From: Vermamoeba vermiformis
Lineage: Eukaryota
NCBI GenBank assembly: GCA_045837725.1
Contig: JBEWZL010000200.1
Span: forward strand, 1-64,000
DNA: 64,000 nucleotides
Reading direction: 5' to 3'
Numbering within the stretch: position 1 is the stretch's first letter; each line of letters starts with the position of its first letter. A program made the position numbers and the translations under genes. This document shows positions 25,501 through 39,928 of the stretch, piece after piece. Below the pieces are notes generated by a model. It worked only from the letters and a program-made list of their open reading frames with translations. It had not been told where the DNA came from and did not search any database.

Positions 25501-28500
25501 GGCCGTTAGGGTTCATAGCGACTTGACCGTCAGGACCAGGCTGACCTTGAGGCGGCATTTGGCCGGCAGGAACCATGCCAGGAGGCATTTGGCCGCTAGG
25601 AACCATGCCAGGAGGCATTTGACCAGGCGGCATCATCTTGGGCATCATGCCGGGTGGAGGGCCCTTAGGAGGACCTTGCATGCCAGGCGGCATACCAGGA
25701 CCAGGCGGCATCATACCCGGAGGACCTTGCATGCCAGGGCCAGGCATCATACCTGGTGGGAATCCCTTCGGCGGCATCTTCATGCCAGGAGGCAACGGAC
25801 CCTTTGGGCCCATACCAGGAGGGAAGGGGCCTTTCGGTCCCATGCCGGGTGGGAACGGGCCGTTAGGACCAGGTGGCATACCAGGGCCAGGCATCATACC
25901 AGGTGGAGGACCCTTCGGACCCATGCCTGGAGGGAATGGACCAGGTGGCATCATTCCAGGGGGTGGTCCCTGCATGCCGAGTGGGAAAGGACCGGGTGGC
26001 ATCATTCCAGGCGGTGGTCCCTGCATGCCGGGTGGAGGGCCTTGCATACCAGGGCCAGGCGGCATCATTCCAGGAGGCATGGGACCTCGCATTTGAGGGT
26101 TGGAACCTAATTGCTGCTCGATCATTTGGTGCTGCTCGGCGATGATTTCTTCCAATTGGAACTTGTTCAATTGACCCATCAAGTCTTGTTCGCCGCCCAA
26201 CAACAACGCGATCAACGGCAAGCAAGTCTCTTCGACGACCTTCAATATCGTAGAATAGTAGAACATAATGACTGAGAACCAGTGCTCGGGGAACGCGTCG
26301 GTAGTCATCATCTTTTGCAAGAGCTCATAGACGCCTGTCAAAAACTCCAATCGAAGCTCGCCTTGAGCTCGTCCCAAGATCAACTTTGTGAAGTCGTTTG
26401 CTTTCATGAGGTGGAACGCAGTCATCAAACACAAGATCAAGACTGGCACTTTCTTCAAGTCCTCCGTTTGCGATAACGCTGTCACCATAGCGGGGACAAG
26501 GTTGAGCATTGGTGTCACGGGCAATTTCTGCACGATCAGTTAGAGCACTATTTCTTAGAAGTACTGAATAGTTTTTATGACGTACCCAGTTATCGAAGCA
26601 GTCCAACAAGTTGCTAATGAGATAACTGCACTTCGAGACTTCATCTGTAAGAGTCGAAGACAAGTGCATAGTCAAGTGACGGACGACGGTTGGTAGCAAT
26701 ACAGCTCCTAAACAGGTCATATTAGCTACTACGATATATTTTATCGGGATCGCGTACCTTTTCGGTCCAAGAACAAAGAGTCAGCAATAATGACTTGCAT
26801 CAAGTTCAACTTTTCGATGTTCAAGTGATGGTTCTTCACGTTGTACGTGATATTGTCCAACAGGTTTTCAATCATTTTGATCAATTCTTCGTTGGAGATC
26901 ACGGGACGAAGTGTTTGAGTCAACGACCAGAAGTACTGCAGCGAGTATTGGTTAGAATTAACATCATAAAGGTCGTGGTGTGCACGGGTCAGGACGTACC
27001 TGCAATGCAACAGCTTGACTTCCGAGCCACTGTTGGTCAGTCTTTCTCATCATAGCAATGAAAAAGCCAAAGAAATCTTTCACGTCCTTGTCGAACTCAG
27101 CGTCCTTAATGATTTGACCGCCTTGATTGTTGCTCGAAGGACCTTGTTCGGCATCTTTCTTGGCCTTCATAGAAGCAATAATGAACTTGAACAAGTAACC
27201 CAAAGCCTTCAACGTAGTGATCAAGTCGTTAGGCTTGACGTTGTCCAAGTCGCCGAAGTAATGCTTAATGCAGTGCATCAGTTGTTTGTAGGCGTTAGGA
27301 CTCGAGAAGTAGTTCTCAATGTAGTCATCGAGCACGACCTTGAACTTGTCGCTGTCTTGCTTCATCTTGTTCACGAGCACGTCCAACAACGCAACGATGG
27401 TGTTGTACACGGCGAACGAAATTTGATCATTGCCAGCCTTCAACTCTAAGACAGCGAAAAGAGCGTCCAAAATATCAGGTACAAACTAAATACGTTATAT
27501 TAGCATAAGAACGGCAAGACCATGGAAGTGACGCGTACCTTCACTGTCTCAGGATCGTTGGCAATGAACGTGAAACGGTTCAAGATGGTGCTTAGCGAGT
27601 TCATGTGATTGCGCCAGTTCAACAATTGAGCAATAATAGCTATATATAACGTTAGCAAGAAGCTTCTATATGAATAGACTTACCATTTTGAGTGATTCTG
27701 TTCGACACCAAGTTAGTTCTGATGGTAATAATATCAGGCGACTTCTTGTTTCTGCACGTGTCATCAGCGGCCTTCATGGTGGCAGAATCCAACTTAAATT
27801 CCTTGCTCATCTTCATGCATGCAATGTCGTGTTGGCCAGTTTGAATGGCAGTGCCGTCATCATTGACGAGTTTCTTGACACCAACGAAGCCAACGCTGTC
27901 TTTGTCAGCCTCCTTCTTGGTCACGGTTTTAATTGTGAACACTAAATAGGCGTCGTTGTATTGCTCGGGAGACAAGACAACCTTCAGCTGTTCAGCGTAA
28001 CTGGGTGTGTTTGTCTTATAGTGAACAACACCGCGGTACTCGCTGGTCGGTTGATCAGCTGAGCCATGGAACAACGAATCTTGAATCGTGTCACCACGTG
28101 AGTTTCTGAGCTGCACGCGCACTTCGTAATTCTTCGCCTTAGGGCCGCTGGCGTAGTTACCACTCTTAATGTTCACGTACAAATCATTGCGAACAAAACC
28201 ACAAGGAATGACCTGTGAAAAGTCAGTCACGTGTAAATTCGTTTAAGCTAATACTTACATCAGGCAAGCTGAGCTTGTTGCAGATAGTAATTAACGGGTA
28301 CTTCGGCAACAAGACCTCAAGTTCCTCGCGGTACATGGCAAGAGTGAAAGTAAGTGCTTTGGGCAAGTTAGGCACTTCGGTGAACTTTTCCTTGTCATTC
28401 TTAATGACGTCTATAGTACTCAATTAATAAGGGTACCAAGATGATTAAGGTCTTATGAATGGCATATAAAGTGAACGAGTACGTACATTTGTGCAAGTTG

Positions 28501-31122
28501 CTAAAGTGATCGTCACTCTTCGGTTGCATTACTTGAAGATTGTGCTCGTATTCACGGCCAGGCACGAATCGTTCAGAAATGCGAAGTACAGAGACACCGT
28601 AAGGACGTCTGAAAGTCGTTTGTTGTGCTTTCTTATCGCCAAACTTTAACTTTCCTCGACGATGGATCTTGCACACCAAGTACAATTCCGAGGTCAAATC
28701 AACCTTCGAAATGTCCTATAACATCTTGTAAGCATTGATAAGGCCAGCAGCCGACAGACTTACTTTAAAGAACGCTTTAGGATTTGAATAAAGAATAGAG
28801 CCTTTGTCAGTCAACTCGACTAAAGCCTCGTCACTAATGAACATATCCTTCGTGGCATTGTAGACTGAGAACAGTAACTCGGATTCCTCGCCGATCTATA
28901 TGAAGCATTAGCCATATTATATTGAATAGGACGTTAGAATAGGACGTACTGGGCAAGCAAAGGCCTTGAAGTTGAGCAACATTTGCACGTTGGCTTCTGG
29001 TTGCAAAGCAGCCAAAGACTCTTTAACTTTCTTATTAACCAACGAGATGGCACCGCGGCTACGAGCACTCTTTGGCGTTGAGTCACCACCGGCGGGCGTA
29101 CCAGCCATGTTAGAGTTCATAAGTGACACGGAAGGTGACGGACCACGTTGTTGAGCCACACTCGCGGACTAAACCCACAACAATATTAGTCATTACTCTC
29201 CACATGATATTATTGTCCTAAACTTACGGGTGCGCGACTTAAAGTGACTTGAGGCTTGGCACCTGAGACAGTCTGCGAGTGACTGCGCGGCGAGGCCACA
29301 GATATCGCGGTTGACGAGGAAGTCTTGTTAGGCGATGTAGGGCCGCCCGGTTGCTGTAAAGTGACACCTGACAGATTCAAACCGAACTTTGGTGGAGCGC
29401 CGCTGGGAGCTCCAGGTTGATTAGTCGGAGCGAACGGAGATTGTCCGGGAGTAGGAATTGGCGCAAACGGTGACTCGCCAACATCTTCGAAAGGCGAGGC
29501 ACCCAGGTCTTCAAAGGGCGAGGCTTCGAAAGGCGACCCGGCTGGAAGTGACGGTGCCGACATCGGAGACTGCGTTGGTGGCGTGCCAAAGGAGCCAGAA
29601 GAACCAAGAGTGAATTTGCCTTGTTGAGGGCTGTTTTGAAGGGGCTGTGCCACGAGACCGAACTGAGGACTGTTTTGCATCGGTGACGAAGGTTGTTGTT
29701 GCGGTGGCATGTTCATTGGTTGCGAGAGCGTAAAAGGACTCTTTGGTGGACCTGCAGGATTAGGCATAGGACGTCCCACTTGAGGGCTTCCAGGTGCTGA
29801 GCGATTAGACTCGATGGTCTGACTGACTGCAGCTTGCTAAAGAAAGTGTCAGATCCGGATCTGCTACACCCGCTTAAAAACCATACCGATTCGCGTCTCA
29901 TCAGCAAGGGCGATTGTCCTCCCTTCACTGACATCTCGCGCTTGTGTCTAACAGTAACTGACTCGGTCTTCTCCTTGTCTTTGAAGTTGTCCATAACAGC
30001 CACGTGCTACACAAGTGAAGGGTAAGAATTGTCTCACCGATATCGTTCTACGCTTACCATCTCGTACAAAGCCAAGATAGGAGTGTTGTGCTCCGTTGCC
30101 AACTCTCCCGTGTTAGTGCGCAAGAAAATATCTTGACCAAGTTTTCTTCGACCTTCCTCGATCTTGTCCAAGACAAGGGTTTTCAACGAGTTCTTGACTT
30201 CCTACAAATAATTATACACGTTAAATAGTGTAAGATTGGCGTTGTCGGGTGTTATTCAATATGGTTTAAATTTTTGAAAGGCTTCAAGAGAAGAAAAAGT
30301 CCTTACAGGAGTAGCGTTCGCAGAGGCCAATTGTCCGTGGTATTTAAGCAATGAGGCCATTATATCCATCAAATCCGATGATTCTTGGGCTTTGCCTTGC
30401 TAAATATACCGATTATATTAGTAATCAAAGAGATTTAGAAGCACCTGGCAAGCTGGATGGCACGAGCTAGAACATCTAAAATTAGCTTACGCGATAATAA
30501 TCCTTCAATAACACGACCCATTCTTTTAATATTTGCTGCAGCTCTAAAACTACTTCATCGCGTTGCGGCAAGACGGTCACAAAGTTGGCAGGGAAGATGC
30601 CGCACTCTTTTGTCTTGGAGCGGACTCCGCTAATATAAAAAATCGTAAATATGAATATACCGTAATATTTTGCACGGTAAATAAGCACTTAAATAACTAA
30701 ACTCGTGTCTACTGGTTCGTTTATGCTTACCGGTACCAGGTTTTGTCAGATGTCATTTCCAAGAGCTCCAATTGCTCTCCCGCTTCGAAACTAATTTGAT
30801 GCTCACCTCCTTTCTCAAAGGAATAGGTGGCTAAATAAAATAATGCGAGTTAGTCCTCAAACGTCAAGTTCATCTGACAAACTAAAATCTTTGAGCATTC
30901 GAAATTTGATTATATTAGTACAACGACGTGCATTAATAAAAATTAATTCGCGAATTTTGAATTGATTTTCTGACGCGTAACAAAAGATCCGAAATTGACA
31001 GATGCAACTAACCGTTGTAAATGTCAAACTAATTAAGCGTATATTATGATATTAATCGACTTACCAACCACCACTGTTTTTTCTGCAGGGTACGGTTGCC
31101 AATAGACGTTGTTCTTCGCCAT
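22541..31122 (-). CDS. DOCK family Rac GEF (SH3, C2/DHR-1, DHR-2), multi-exon
   Basis: N-terminal SH3 (TWYR...CGIFPANFV), RNDLYVNI DHR-1, EYFRVGFYGKGF, GVIDAAVNGG nucleotide-sensor motif. Confidence 0.93.
25480..26095 (-). repeat. Coding Pro/Gly/Met repeat tract within DOCK
   Basis: Repeated GPPPGMMPPGP, GMQGPPP and PGMGPKGP units in the open 507-aa frame. Confidence 0.85.
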
Positions 31123-31521
31123 TATTATTGATCAGTCCACTTGTTCTGCGGATGGCTTTTGTTGCGTTTTTTGTTTGATTTTTTGTAATGTAATGATATA
31201 ATAATACAAGTAGTGGTACTAATAATACAAAAATAAGTAGTAAACAAAAATCTTGTCAGTTTGCGCGAGCAATAAACTGACAAGAATAACGTGCTTGGAA
31301 CAAAAGCGAATTTTACCACGCTGGTATAGTATTATTATAATTCCTTATATAATACTGTAAATAACATTATGCATATTGGGCTAGATAAGTTACCGCGGCT
31401 GTTTGTTTCGGATCACCATTTATTTGACCCGAGACACATCCGTACAAAATTGTCGTGCAAGTCAATAACGGCCATAATATAATATCGCTATAAGTATAGT
31501 ACGTAAGTATAGCAATAAGAT

Positions 31522-32337
31522 TTAGTTCTTCTTCTTGGGAGTCTCAGGCTTGGGAGGGAAGAAGAGCATCCAAAGAGTAGAAATACCTTAATAACAAATA
31601 AGTATTGCCATACTGCCATTATAAAATAATATTATCGTGTCATATTGCTTTTGCGCTGAAATAAATTAGTGCAAGGTACATCCGATTTTCAATGATCCAG
31701 ATCTTGCTTCAATAAATTCGGACACCCATATTTATGTCGTATATAAATTACTTACTAGCGATAGAGAAAGGACCCATAAACTGAGGGAAGATAGGCACGG
31801 TCTTAGCAACAAAAACTTCGTGCGTAAAGAATCCAAGAGCCACGAGGAAAGTAAACAAAGTGACACGATAGACGGACTATTTAATATATAAAAATTAATA
31901 TACACGATATAGTACATTTATATGATGTTTACGAACCTTGTTGGTTACATCCAAGGCGCAGGAAAGTCTGATCGCGGTAGCAAGGAGAGTCCAGCAACCA
32001 AACAATCGGTTGGTTAAAGGAGTAACTATAATTAAATATTAGGCTCGTATTAAATTAAACAAAATCCAAACAAACGCTTCGTACTAAAATAATTACGTAA
32101 TTGAAATAATATCGGCGCCGATTAATTTCACAATTTAAATATATATGCCTCTAAATATCGTGTTTTCATTGCCACTATTATTTAAATTAATTGTAATATT
32201 TTGTTTCACTTACGCTGACTGCCGGCCAGATGGAACGTGCCGAGTTCCAAGTTGTGAGGCAAGAAAAATGCTTGGTAAGTTCCAAAAGCAGACGTAGCTG
32301 CAACAAAGCCAAGCCAGACACTCAATGCACGAACCAT
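31522..32337 (-). CDS. ERG28: Ergosterol biosynthesis protein 28
   Basis: Four exons: VWLGFVAATSAFGTYQAF, VTPLTNRLFGCWTLLATAIRLSCA, VYRVTLFTFLVALGFFTHEVFVAKT, STLWML; C-terminal KKKN ER-retrieval-like motif. Confidence 0.85.
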
Positions 32338-32670
32338 TGTGTTTATCTTGTTCGAGATTCAACGAAATAGATCAAATTCGCAATTGTATTTTCCCTGCCA
32401 GAAGTTCCCACCACAAACCAAAAATTGTGGGTAACTAGCACGGTTATATATATTATTATGCAAGAATTAGGTTGCGCAATCAGAGCGAAGAGTTACCACG
32501 AAATATAAATTTTTCCCCATCAATCACGTTTCTAATCTTTGGGGAGTGATAAAAAGGTGTTTCGCTAAGCGATTATCTTGCCTTTTTTTGATTGGTTCCT
32601 ACACGGAACAAAAATCCAAAAATAGCCAAAAAAAATCGTGATTTTTAAAAATTCAAATCAAGACAACACC

Positions 32671-34412
32671 ATGCGACTCTACCTTACGGTCACTCTTTGC
32701 TTGTTTGTCGGTGGACTTTACAGAACCGCTACTGCTGCCTCGTACGAACCCATCTGGATTTCTCCGACCAACGTTGCTAAAACTGGCGTTGGTGAGTAAA
32801 TTCCACAAAAAATAGTAAAGGATATAATACGCACCAATTCAATTTAAGTGGAGTATGTTTTAATTTTAAGACTTACTGTAGTACAAAGAATTGTTGCCAA
32901 ATCTAACTAACTCCAATAATTTAGCCGATATTTTGGAGAGCTACACTGCCGAGAAAGGCGTTTGGGCTACTATCGATGTTGGAGCTGGTTCTCGTGGAGT
33001 ATCCCCTTTAGCAGCAATGGATTCCAAAGGCATTCTTTGGATCATGTTTGGATCTTATCTTATCAACGATGATACAAAGAATTTGTTCAACGTATGGAAC
33101 TACAATCCTAAAACTGATCAGTATCGCTATGTTTGGGGAAGCATTGAAACTTCCAGAACGAACCCACGTGGGTGACCCTGGCGACCTTCGCGTACCTGCT
33201 GAAACCAATCACCCTGGTGCTATCCGATATGCTGGCGTCACTATTGATAGAAATGATAATATTTGGTTCACTTCTTTCAAAGATGGAGGCGAGTTGTGGA
33301 TGTTCAACACCACATCCATGATGTTCGTCAGAATGCACGGATTCGATCTAACAACTGTTTTCCCAAGTATTGGTGCTAACCCTGGCAAACCTGGAGAGGA
33401 TGTGTGGCCTGGATTTACGGAAGGAGATTGCCTGGTCACTGACTCTAACAACGACATCTGGAAGTTGTCCGGTTCCAACTTCAATGGTGTAACGAGCAGT
33501 GTTTGGCACTTTAACACAACATTGTTGCTATGGACGTTCATTACTGGCAGCATTGAAGAACTGCCAGCAGGCAATTATAACGCTACATTTTTTGGTGGTG
33601 TACGAACTCCTGGTTGTTTCATTGATGAAAATGATCGTGTCTGGCTCTACGGTGGTTGGGGAACCAGTGCTGATGGCCATGAAGACTATGGCAGCATTTG
33701 GACATTTGACACGCGTGTCAAGCGGGAGTGGGAGTTAGAGTTCGGTCCGGAGAGAGTTTCTGCCCCTCCTAAATCTGTGTCCGCTGATTATCATCCTGAC
33801 AATCAGCCTGGCAGTGGTGAAACCATGTTGTTTGTTGATCGCATGGACGGCACTGCGATGTTGGTTGCTACTGTTGGATTCAACGATGCTGGAACCTGGG
33901 GATCGTTGAATCAAGTGTGGCTGTACCACAAGACTCTGAAGCAGTGGAAGCTCGTGCACGGCGACACGAACACGGTGGATGCCGATGTTACTACTGCCTT
34001 TGTGAACTACCGTCAGCCTGGTTCTAATTATACTGGCGCAACCTATCCTGCTAGAATTAACGGGATAAACACTAACGGCGATGCCTACATTGTGGGTGGT
34101 GGTTACTTTCAAGTAGAGCCAAATTTTAACACCATCTGGTTCATTCCCAACGACCAATGCGCTTCTGCCAGTGCCAACAAATGTTCAGTGAACGCGCAGT
34201 GCATTGAAGAGATGTTCGGATACTCGTGTGTGTGCAATGATGGCTTCACTGGCGATGGATTCACTTGCAATGCCATTTCCGGGGGGGTTGCCCCTGTTGA
34301 TGGTCCTGTGGCTAATAACGTGCCTATTGCCGCCACTCCAAAGGCAAAAACTAGCAGCGCTTCAATTGTCGGTCCTGCAGTTGCTTTGATGGCACTCGCA
34401 CTCGCCTTTTAA
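32671..34412 (+). CDS. Secreted kelch-like beta-propeller plus EGF domain surface protein, with one frameshift
   Basis: Signal peptide, Trp-rich propeller repeats (VWLYGG, LWMF), CSVNAQC...YSCVCNDGFTGDGFTC, hydrophobic GPI-like end; frame change at about 33140-33170. Confidence 0.75.
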
Positions 34413-34881
34413 ATTAATTATTAGTTATTTGGTAGGGATTATTCGTATATTATAATAAATAGTATGATACTCGCGAATGCATTAGTAACGCCACGAAAAA
34501 AGACTACTGAGCGTATAGATCTGCAATCTTGCACGGATCGCGATTCCTTCAAACAAGCTTCGGTTTTATTCAAAGAGATTGATCGTTTTTCAATGGGCGC
34601 CACTCAAAAAATATTATTAGCACCAACGATAGACTTACCAACCAGCGCCAAGTCTCCTACGATGAGCAAAAAAATTAGCAAACGAATTAGGCGTTCCGTA
34701 CATTGAAACGAGCGCCAAGAACGATATTAATATTAACGAAGCTATAATTATTCTCGCGCTTAATATTGAACGAGTTGTGGAGCGACATCCACCGCCGCCG
34801 TATCATACTAATAAATTACTGTAGTATAGTTAAAAAGAATCAACGTTAGATCCAGATCGACCGTTTTGTACAAACCCCACT

Positions 34882-37426
34882 TTACATTACGAGCAATGAT
34901 AACAATACTAAGACCGTTGATATCATTAATTTGCATCCATCGGATACGATATTAACAGAGGGTTGATCTGGTGAGCTTTGAGGCACGTCGGTACCAGTAA
35001 CTACGAACGTCAGATCAGATCTACAAATAGTTGATAAAAGACTTACCTTTTATAGTAACTACGGTCGAGGCAGTAGTACCAAAAGTGTCCTGTGCCATGA
35101 ACGTAATACCATGAGAACCAATGTCAGTCAGTAAGGGCGCTATGACTAAAGTAATTGCAGAGGCGCTGCTTGATGACACGTTGACAAATGACGGCAGTGT
35201 TGAGTAGTTGAATGACACGCACGAGTCAAAAGATTCAGTCGCTTAAGATTAAGTCGTCAGGTATATGAACAATTGTACGTCGGATGGTAATTTGAAACTT
35301 ACAAGTGCACGTGACAGTGATTGACAATTCATGATCGACGAGCACGTCGTATTCTTCATTTGCGGAAATAGCAGGTGGTTGATTCAATAAGGCTATAACG
35401 CAAAGTATTATAAGCATCGAGTATTAAAGAAATATTACAACTTACTTTTTGCCGCTAGCAACGGATTAATTCTTCCGAAACCAAATGTTGTGTCCTAAAT
35501 AGGCAATTAGATGGTGTTTCTATTAATAGAAGTAATGCTATTCGGCGTACTTGTCCGGCATCGCCCAAATCAACAGCAGTGCTGGTAAACAAGTCCATCA
35601 GTTCTGAGGCACCGATACTCGGTTTGATCGCCTTCATCAGCGCTGAAATTCCGCTGACAACCGGTGTGGCCATTGAACAGCCAGTCCATTGCTCGTAACC
35701 TCCTGACTTGACTGTGCTCCAGATATTTGTTCCTATTGAATTCCGATCGATTAGTTTCGCCGAAGTGACTTTTCATTCACGGACTTTCATACCTGGAGCA
35801 GCAATGTCAATGTACGAGCCAGTGTTTGAAATAACGTTCCGTTCATCAGTTTCGTTGATGTTAGTCACCGCAAATGCGTTTGTGTAAGCGGCAGGGTACC
35901 ACGGCTTATTTGAGTCTGAAAGGTAGCTATTGCCAGCGCAGGCATTAACAATGATTCCTATTACTCTCATATTAATAAAGGGTACGACTATGAATAGGAC
36001 GTACCTTTGTTGTACAAGGCATTGACGGCATCTTCCATTGGTTGCCAGGTCGAGAAACCCTGTCAAATTAAAATTGTAAATTTGACCTCATAAAAATTAT
36101 CAGTTAATAAATATGTTAAATAGCCGTGTTGCTAATTTTGGCCTTTCTGACAGGTGTCGCATCAAGACAACGGATGTGTCAAATTGACATGCCGCGAAAT
36201 TTCCGTAGATTTACGTACACCAAGACTCAAGCTAACGATATCTGCGCCCAAATTAGCGGCGTCTAACATGCAAGCCACAAAGTCTTCATAAGTGCCCGAG
36301 TTCGTAAAGTCAAGGACCTTGCCGATAATTAAGTTGACGCCATATGATACTCCAGCGACACCTTTAAGATAGAAAATCAATTCAATTTGCGTTTGTGAAG
36401 TATTCGTGCCAATAATATTCAAAAATTAACTAATTAGTTCACAAAATTTGAGTGCGTTTCAAATCTTTGCCGGCAATTAACCGAATATATTGAACGGATC
36501 AGACGTTCTGTAGATGTAAATTTATTCCCAACGTACCTATTGTATTGTTGATAGTAGCGGCTACAATGCCAGCCACGTGCGTTCCTAAACGAAAAATGAC
36601 ATCTGTTAGATCAGATTCAATTTCGAAGCTATTGTCATATTTATTGCTAAATATAGCATTACCATTAAATACGTACCATGACCATATTCATCCTCAGCAA
36701 TGTCGTCTAAGTTCACGTAATCGTACTGCCAGACAATTCTTGACGCATCCAGATCGGAATGCGATGCGATTCCAGAGTCGCAAATAGCAACTGTCTGATT
36801 ATAATCACATTTAAATTGATGGTTCATCATATTATTAACGAGCAATAATAACGTACGATGTTCTTGACAAGAGTTTGTTGATACGAGATCAAATCCCAAA
36901 CATCGCTCATTTGAAGCTTCGCCATATGCCACATTGAGCTCCATTTCTCATCATTTGGCACCGCTCCGCCAAATCCTATTAAAAAGTATATCGTCAATCA
37001 ATTTAATTGTATTGCTAGCATTGCGTTAAAGATTTCAACAAGAATTTAATACCCCTTGGAATTTCATCGACATGAGAAAATCGCGGATCTGCACGCAGTT
37101 TATCAATTGATACCGTATCGGCAACCTATTTATAATATCGTTAATTATATTATCAAGTTGTTGTGAGTCGGAAATCATTGTGTGCGTGTGTATTAGCGCC
37201 GATAACAATAAAATTGAGAATAATCTTATGATAATAGTCATAATACCTCTATTATGAAGCCTCCTATCTCTTGGAACTCTCTCATAATCTTCCCGACATC
37301 CTGTACTACATCCACTGCTCGTTTTTTGGATGTCGGATCTGGTTTAACGTACACTCGTTTGCATTCAGCTAAGCAAGCAATAGAAATGACGCTCAACAAT
37401 ATAATATATTGTATCCGAATGAGCAT
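34882..37426 (-). CDS. S8 subtilisin-like peptidase with C-terminal Ig-like domain and hydrophobic anchor, copy A
   Basis: VAICDSGI, HG|THVAG, ACAGN, DIAAPG, WTGCSMATP; signal peptide. Confidence 0.88.
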
Positions 37427-38246
37427 CACGCCGAGTGGTGTTCAGTTGGTTACAAAAATCATGAATGAGTGATTTTGGGGCCTGTGCATGAAATTGTCGT
37501 TTCCAAAATTGGTCCTCCTTGAAAGTTTCAAGTCATGAAAACGGCTAATTAATTGCATGAATTGTAATTCGAATATGCAGCAAACCTCTGATTCGATTTA
37601 ACGAAAACTTCCGTAAGCGGACAGGATTAGAAAAATTGTTGTGTTGTTTTTTCCTGATGTATTATTAATAATTATATTTTATTGTAATATGTCGTAGAGG
37701 TTTGCAAAAATAGCTCGAGCGCGGAGCTCAGATTCGTAAGTAAAATCAAAAATAGCTTTTTGCTAGTTTACCTTGCGTATGTATACATGCATGTATTTAA
37801 ATACCAATATTATATTAATTTGCATATTATTTTAATATCGTTATAAATAGTTTTCAATGTGGTAACAGCGGACTTCAGTATTCAAAAATCGATCTTGTTA
37901 TTAATAGACAGTCCAGAGCTATTCGTAATAACCACGAATTAAGGTTAATACCTTGCATGCAACCATAACCTGCATTTTTAGGAGCTGCTGGAATAATCTG
38001 GATGTGGGAGAAGATCTGTAAATGGTGTGTTCCGACGCATTTAATCGCTTATGCATATAACAAACTCCATCCTTTGATTAACTGCCATTAGTAGATATAT
38101 GTGTGGTTTTGTCCTCCTCTAAGATCACACGGGTCATTTGTGTTGCCTTTGTCCTGAATTGACATAACTGTTAATTAGCACGCGTCGATGAAAGAAAAGC
38201 CTCAAGCGATACAGAAAATTTAGATCATCCAAACAAGCGAGTTAAA

Positions 38247-39825
38247 ATGGAAGCAGCAAGTTTAGTGATTGATCAGCCCGAGATCTTCGGAAGAATAATT
38301 TCTTACCTTATTTATAAGCCAAGTTACGCAATTAATTTTGCTTTAGCTTCGAGGAAGTAAGTATTGCGATAAGAAATCGTTTAGCGGATCTACAGCAAAC
38401 CATTTACCAGAATTTTTTTCGATTAAAATACTGAATTAATATTTAATTTAGGCTGCACCAAAATTTGTATAGTACGATATCGTGGAATTCGGCAGGATTT
38501 AATTTTTTGTTGTCCAGTAACGGTCGGATCGACAAAAATGCGTTGGATCTGGCTTTACAAAAGATAGACAATGAAAGGCTGATTGCTAAAAATATCAAAA
38601 TTCAACAGAAAATTACTGCATATACACGTATGCGAGAGAATCGTGGCCGAAAACCGACCCTAATGGGACCTGGATCCGTTGTCACCGAAGAAGCCACAAA
38701 ATTTCAACAATTAAGGTACCAGATTTTATAATCTTAAGGCTTATATAATAATCCTTATGAAGGGATGCTTTGAATGTCGCTCATGGCATTGATAAGACCC
38801 TGCCAGTGGATTTCTACGAGCAGATTTTAGTGAACCAGATCTTGAGCGAGTCCGTCATCAAGTCAATCGCGAATACTATAGATGACAGATTTAAACTCGT
38901 TTCAGAAATATTTAGAGCTTTTAACTTCGTCTTAAGCACTCCACGAGCTGATCTGGAACTTGAAGGTACCTTATCGCATTATTTAAAGCTGAAAGTTACA
39001 TTACAATATTATACAAATAATTTTTAAATAATTTTTTCTATTTATAGCTAAAAAGAACGAGAATGTCTTTGTAAAAGAGTATCGTGAAATTTCATCATGG
39101 GGTCGGACACAACCAGCACTACGTGGGTAAGTTACAAAGTAATCATTTGTTATATTGAAAGAATATTTAACGCTGAAGTATAGCCTTTACATTGAACTTG
39201 ACGAAGGAGCTACGGATCCAAATCAGTTGATGAATGCAGATACTTTCATCGTTTGCAGTGGTGAGGATCATGATTATGATGCAGAATGGGATGAAAGAGT
39301 CATATTTACGTACTCTTGTTTCTTCAAGTACATTTGCGACAATAAGAAGGCAGTTATTTTTGTCACGCAGTACTCCGACGATAACACCAAGCTCGCTGTT
39401 TATTGGAAGGTATGCATATAGTTAGCTACTTATAGGAATGGATTCGATTTTCAATTGCAAAAGAATACGACAGTTGTGACACGTGTCATTTTTTTGACGT
39501 TTTGTTTTTCATCGAAATTTCGTTCTAACTTACAATAGCTTTATTTCATTGGTTGACTATCAGTACGACAATACGTATTAAATGTTGTTAGGTTGATTTA
39601 GTAACTAAAGCAGTTGAAGCGGCCGGTTCTCTGCACGATCTAGCAAGAAAGCAACAAGCACGCGCTGGGAGTAACAAATTTTCTCGTTTGACACGTGCAC
39701 TGCTTGAACTATTTGAAATTGACATTACCAATGAAGTACTTCAAAAGAGCCGTGGATCGGAGTGGTTGTACGAGTGTTCCGCAAAAGCTTTCGTTGTTCA
39801 ATCATTGGCTGATGCCAAATTATAA
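38247..39825 (+). CDS. Uncharacterised protein with a weak F-box-like N-terminus
   Basis: Exons splice with GT-AG; VIDQPEIFGRIISYL...NFALASRK; the start may lie further upstream. Confidence 0.6.
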
Positions 39826-39928
39826 ACACTTTCCAAATTGACACGATATTATTGTTTTATTTAATCCTAGTAATTTTAAGTAAAGTATAATTCGCTAGTA
39901 GCAATAGTAGCAAGGAATCGAATTTGCA

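Noticed and set aside
25484-26145. Plus-strand Arg/His-rich and Gly/Pro ORFs
   Set aside because: Antisense shadows of the DOCK Pro/Gly/Met repeat
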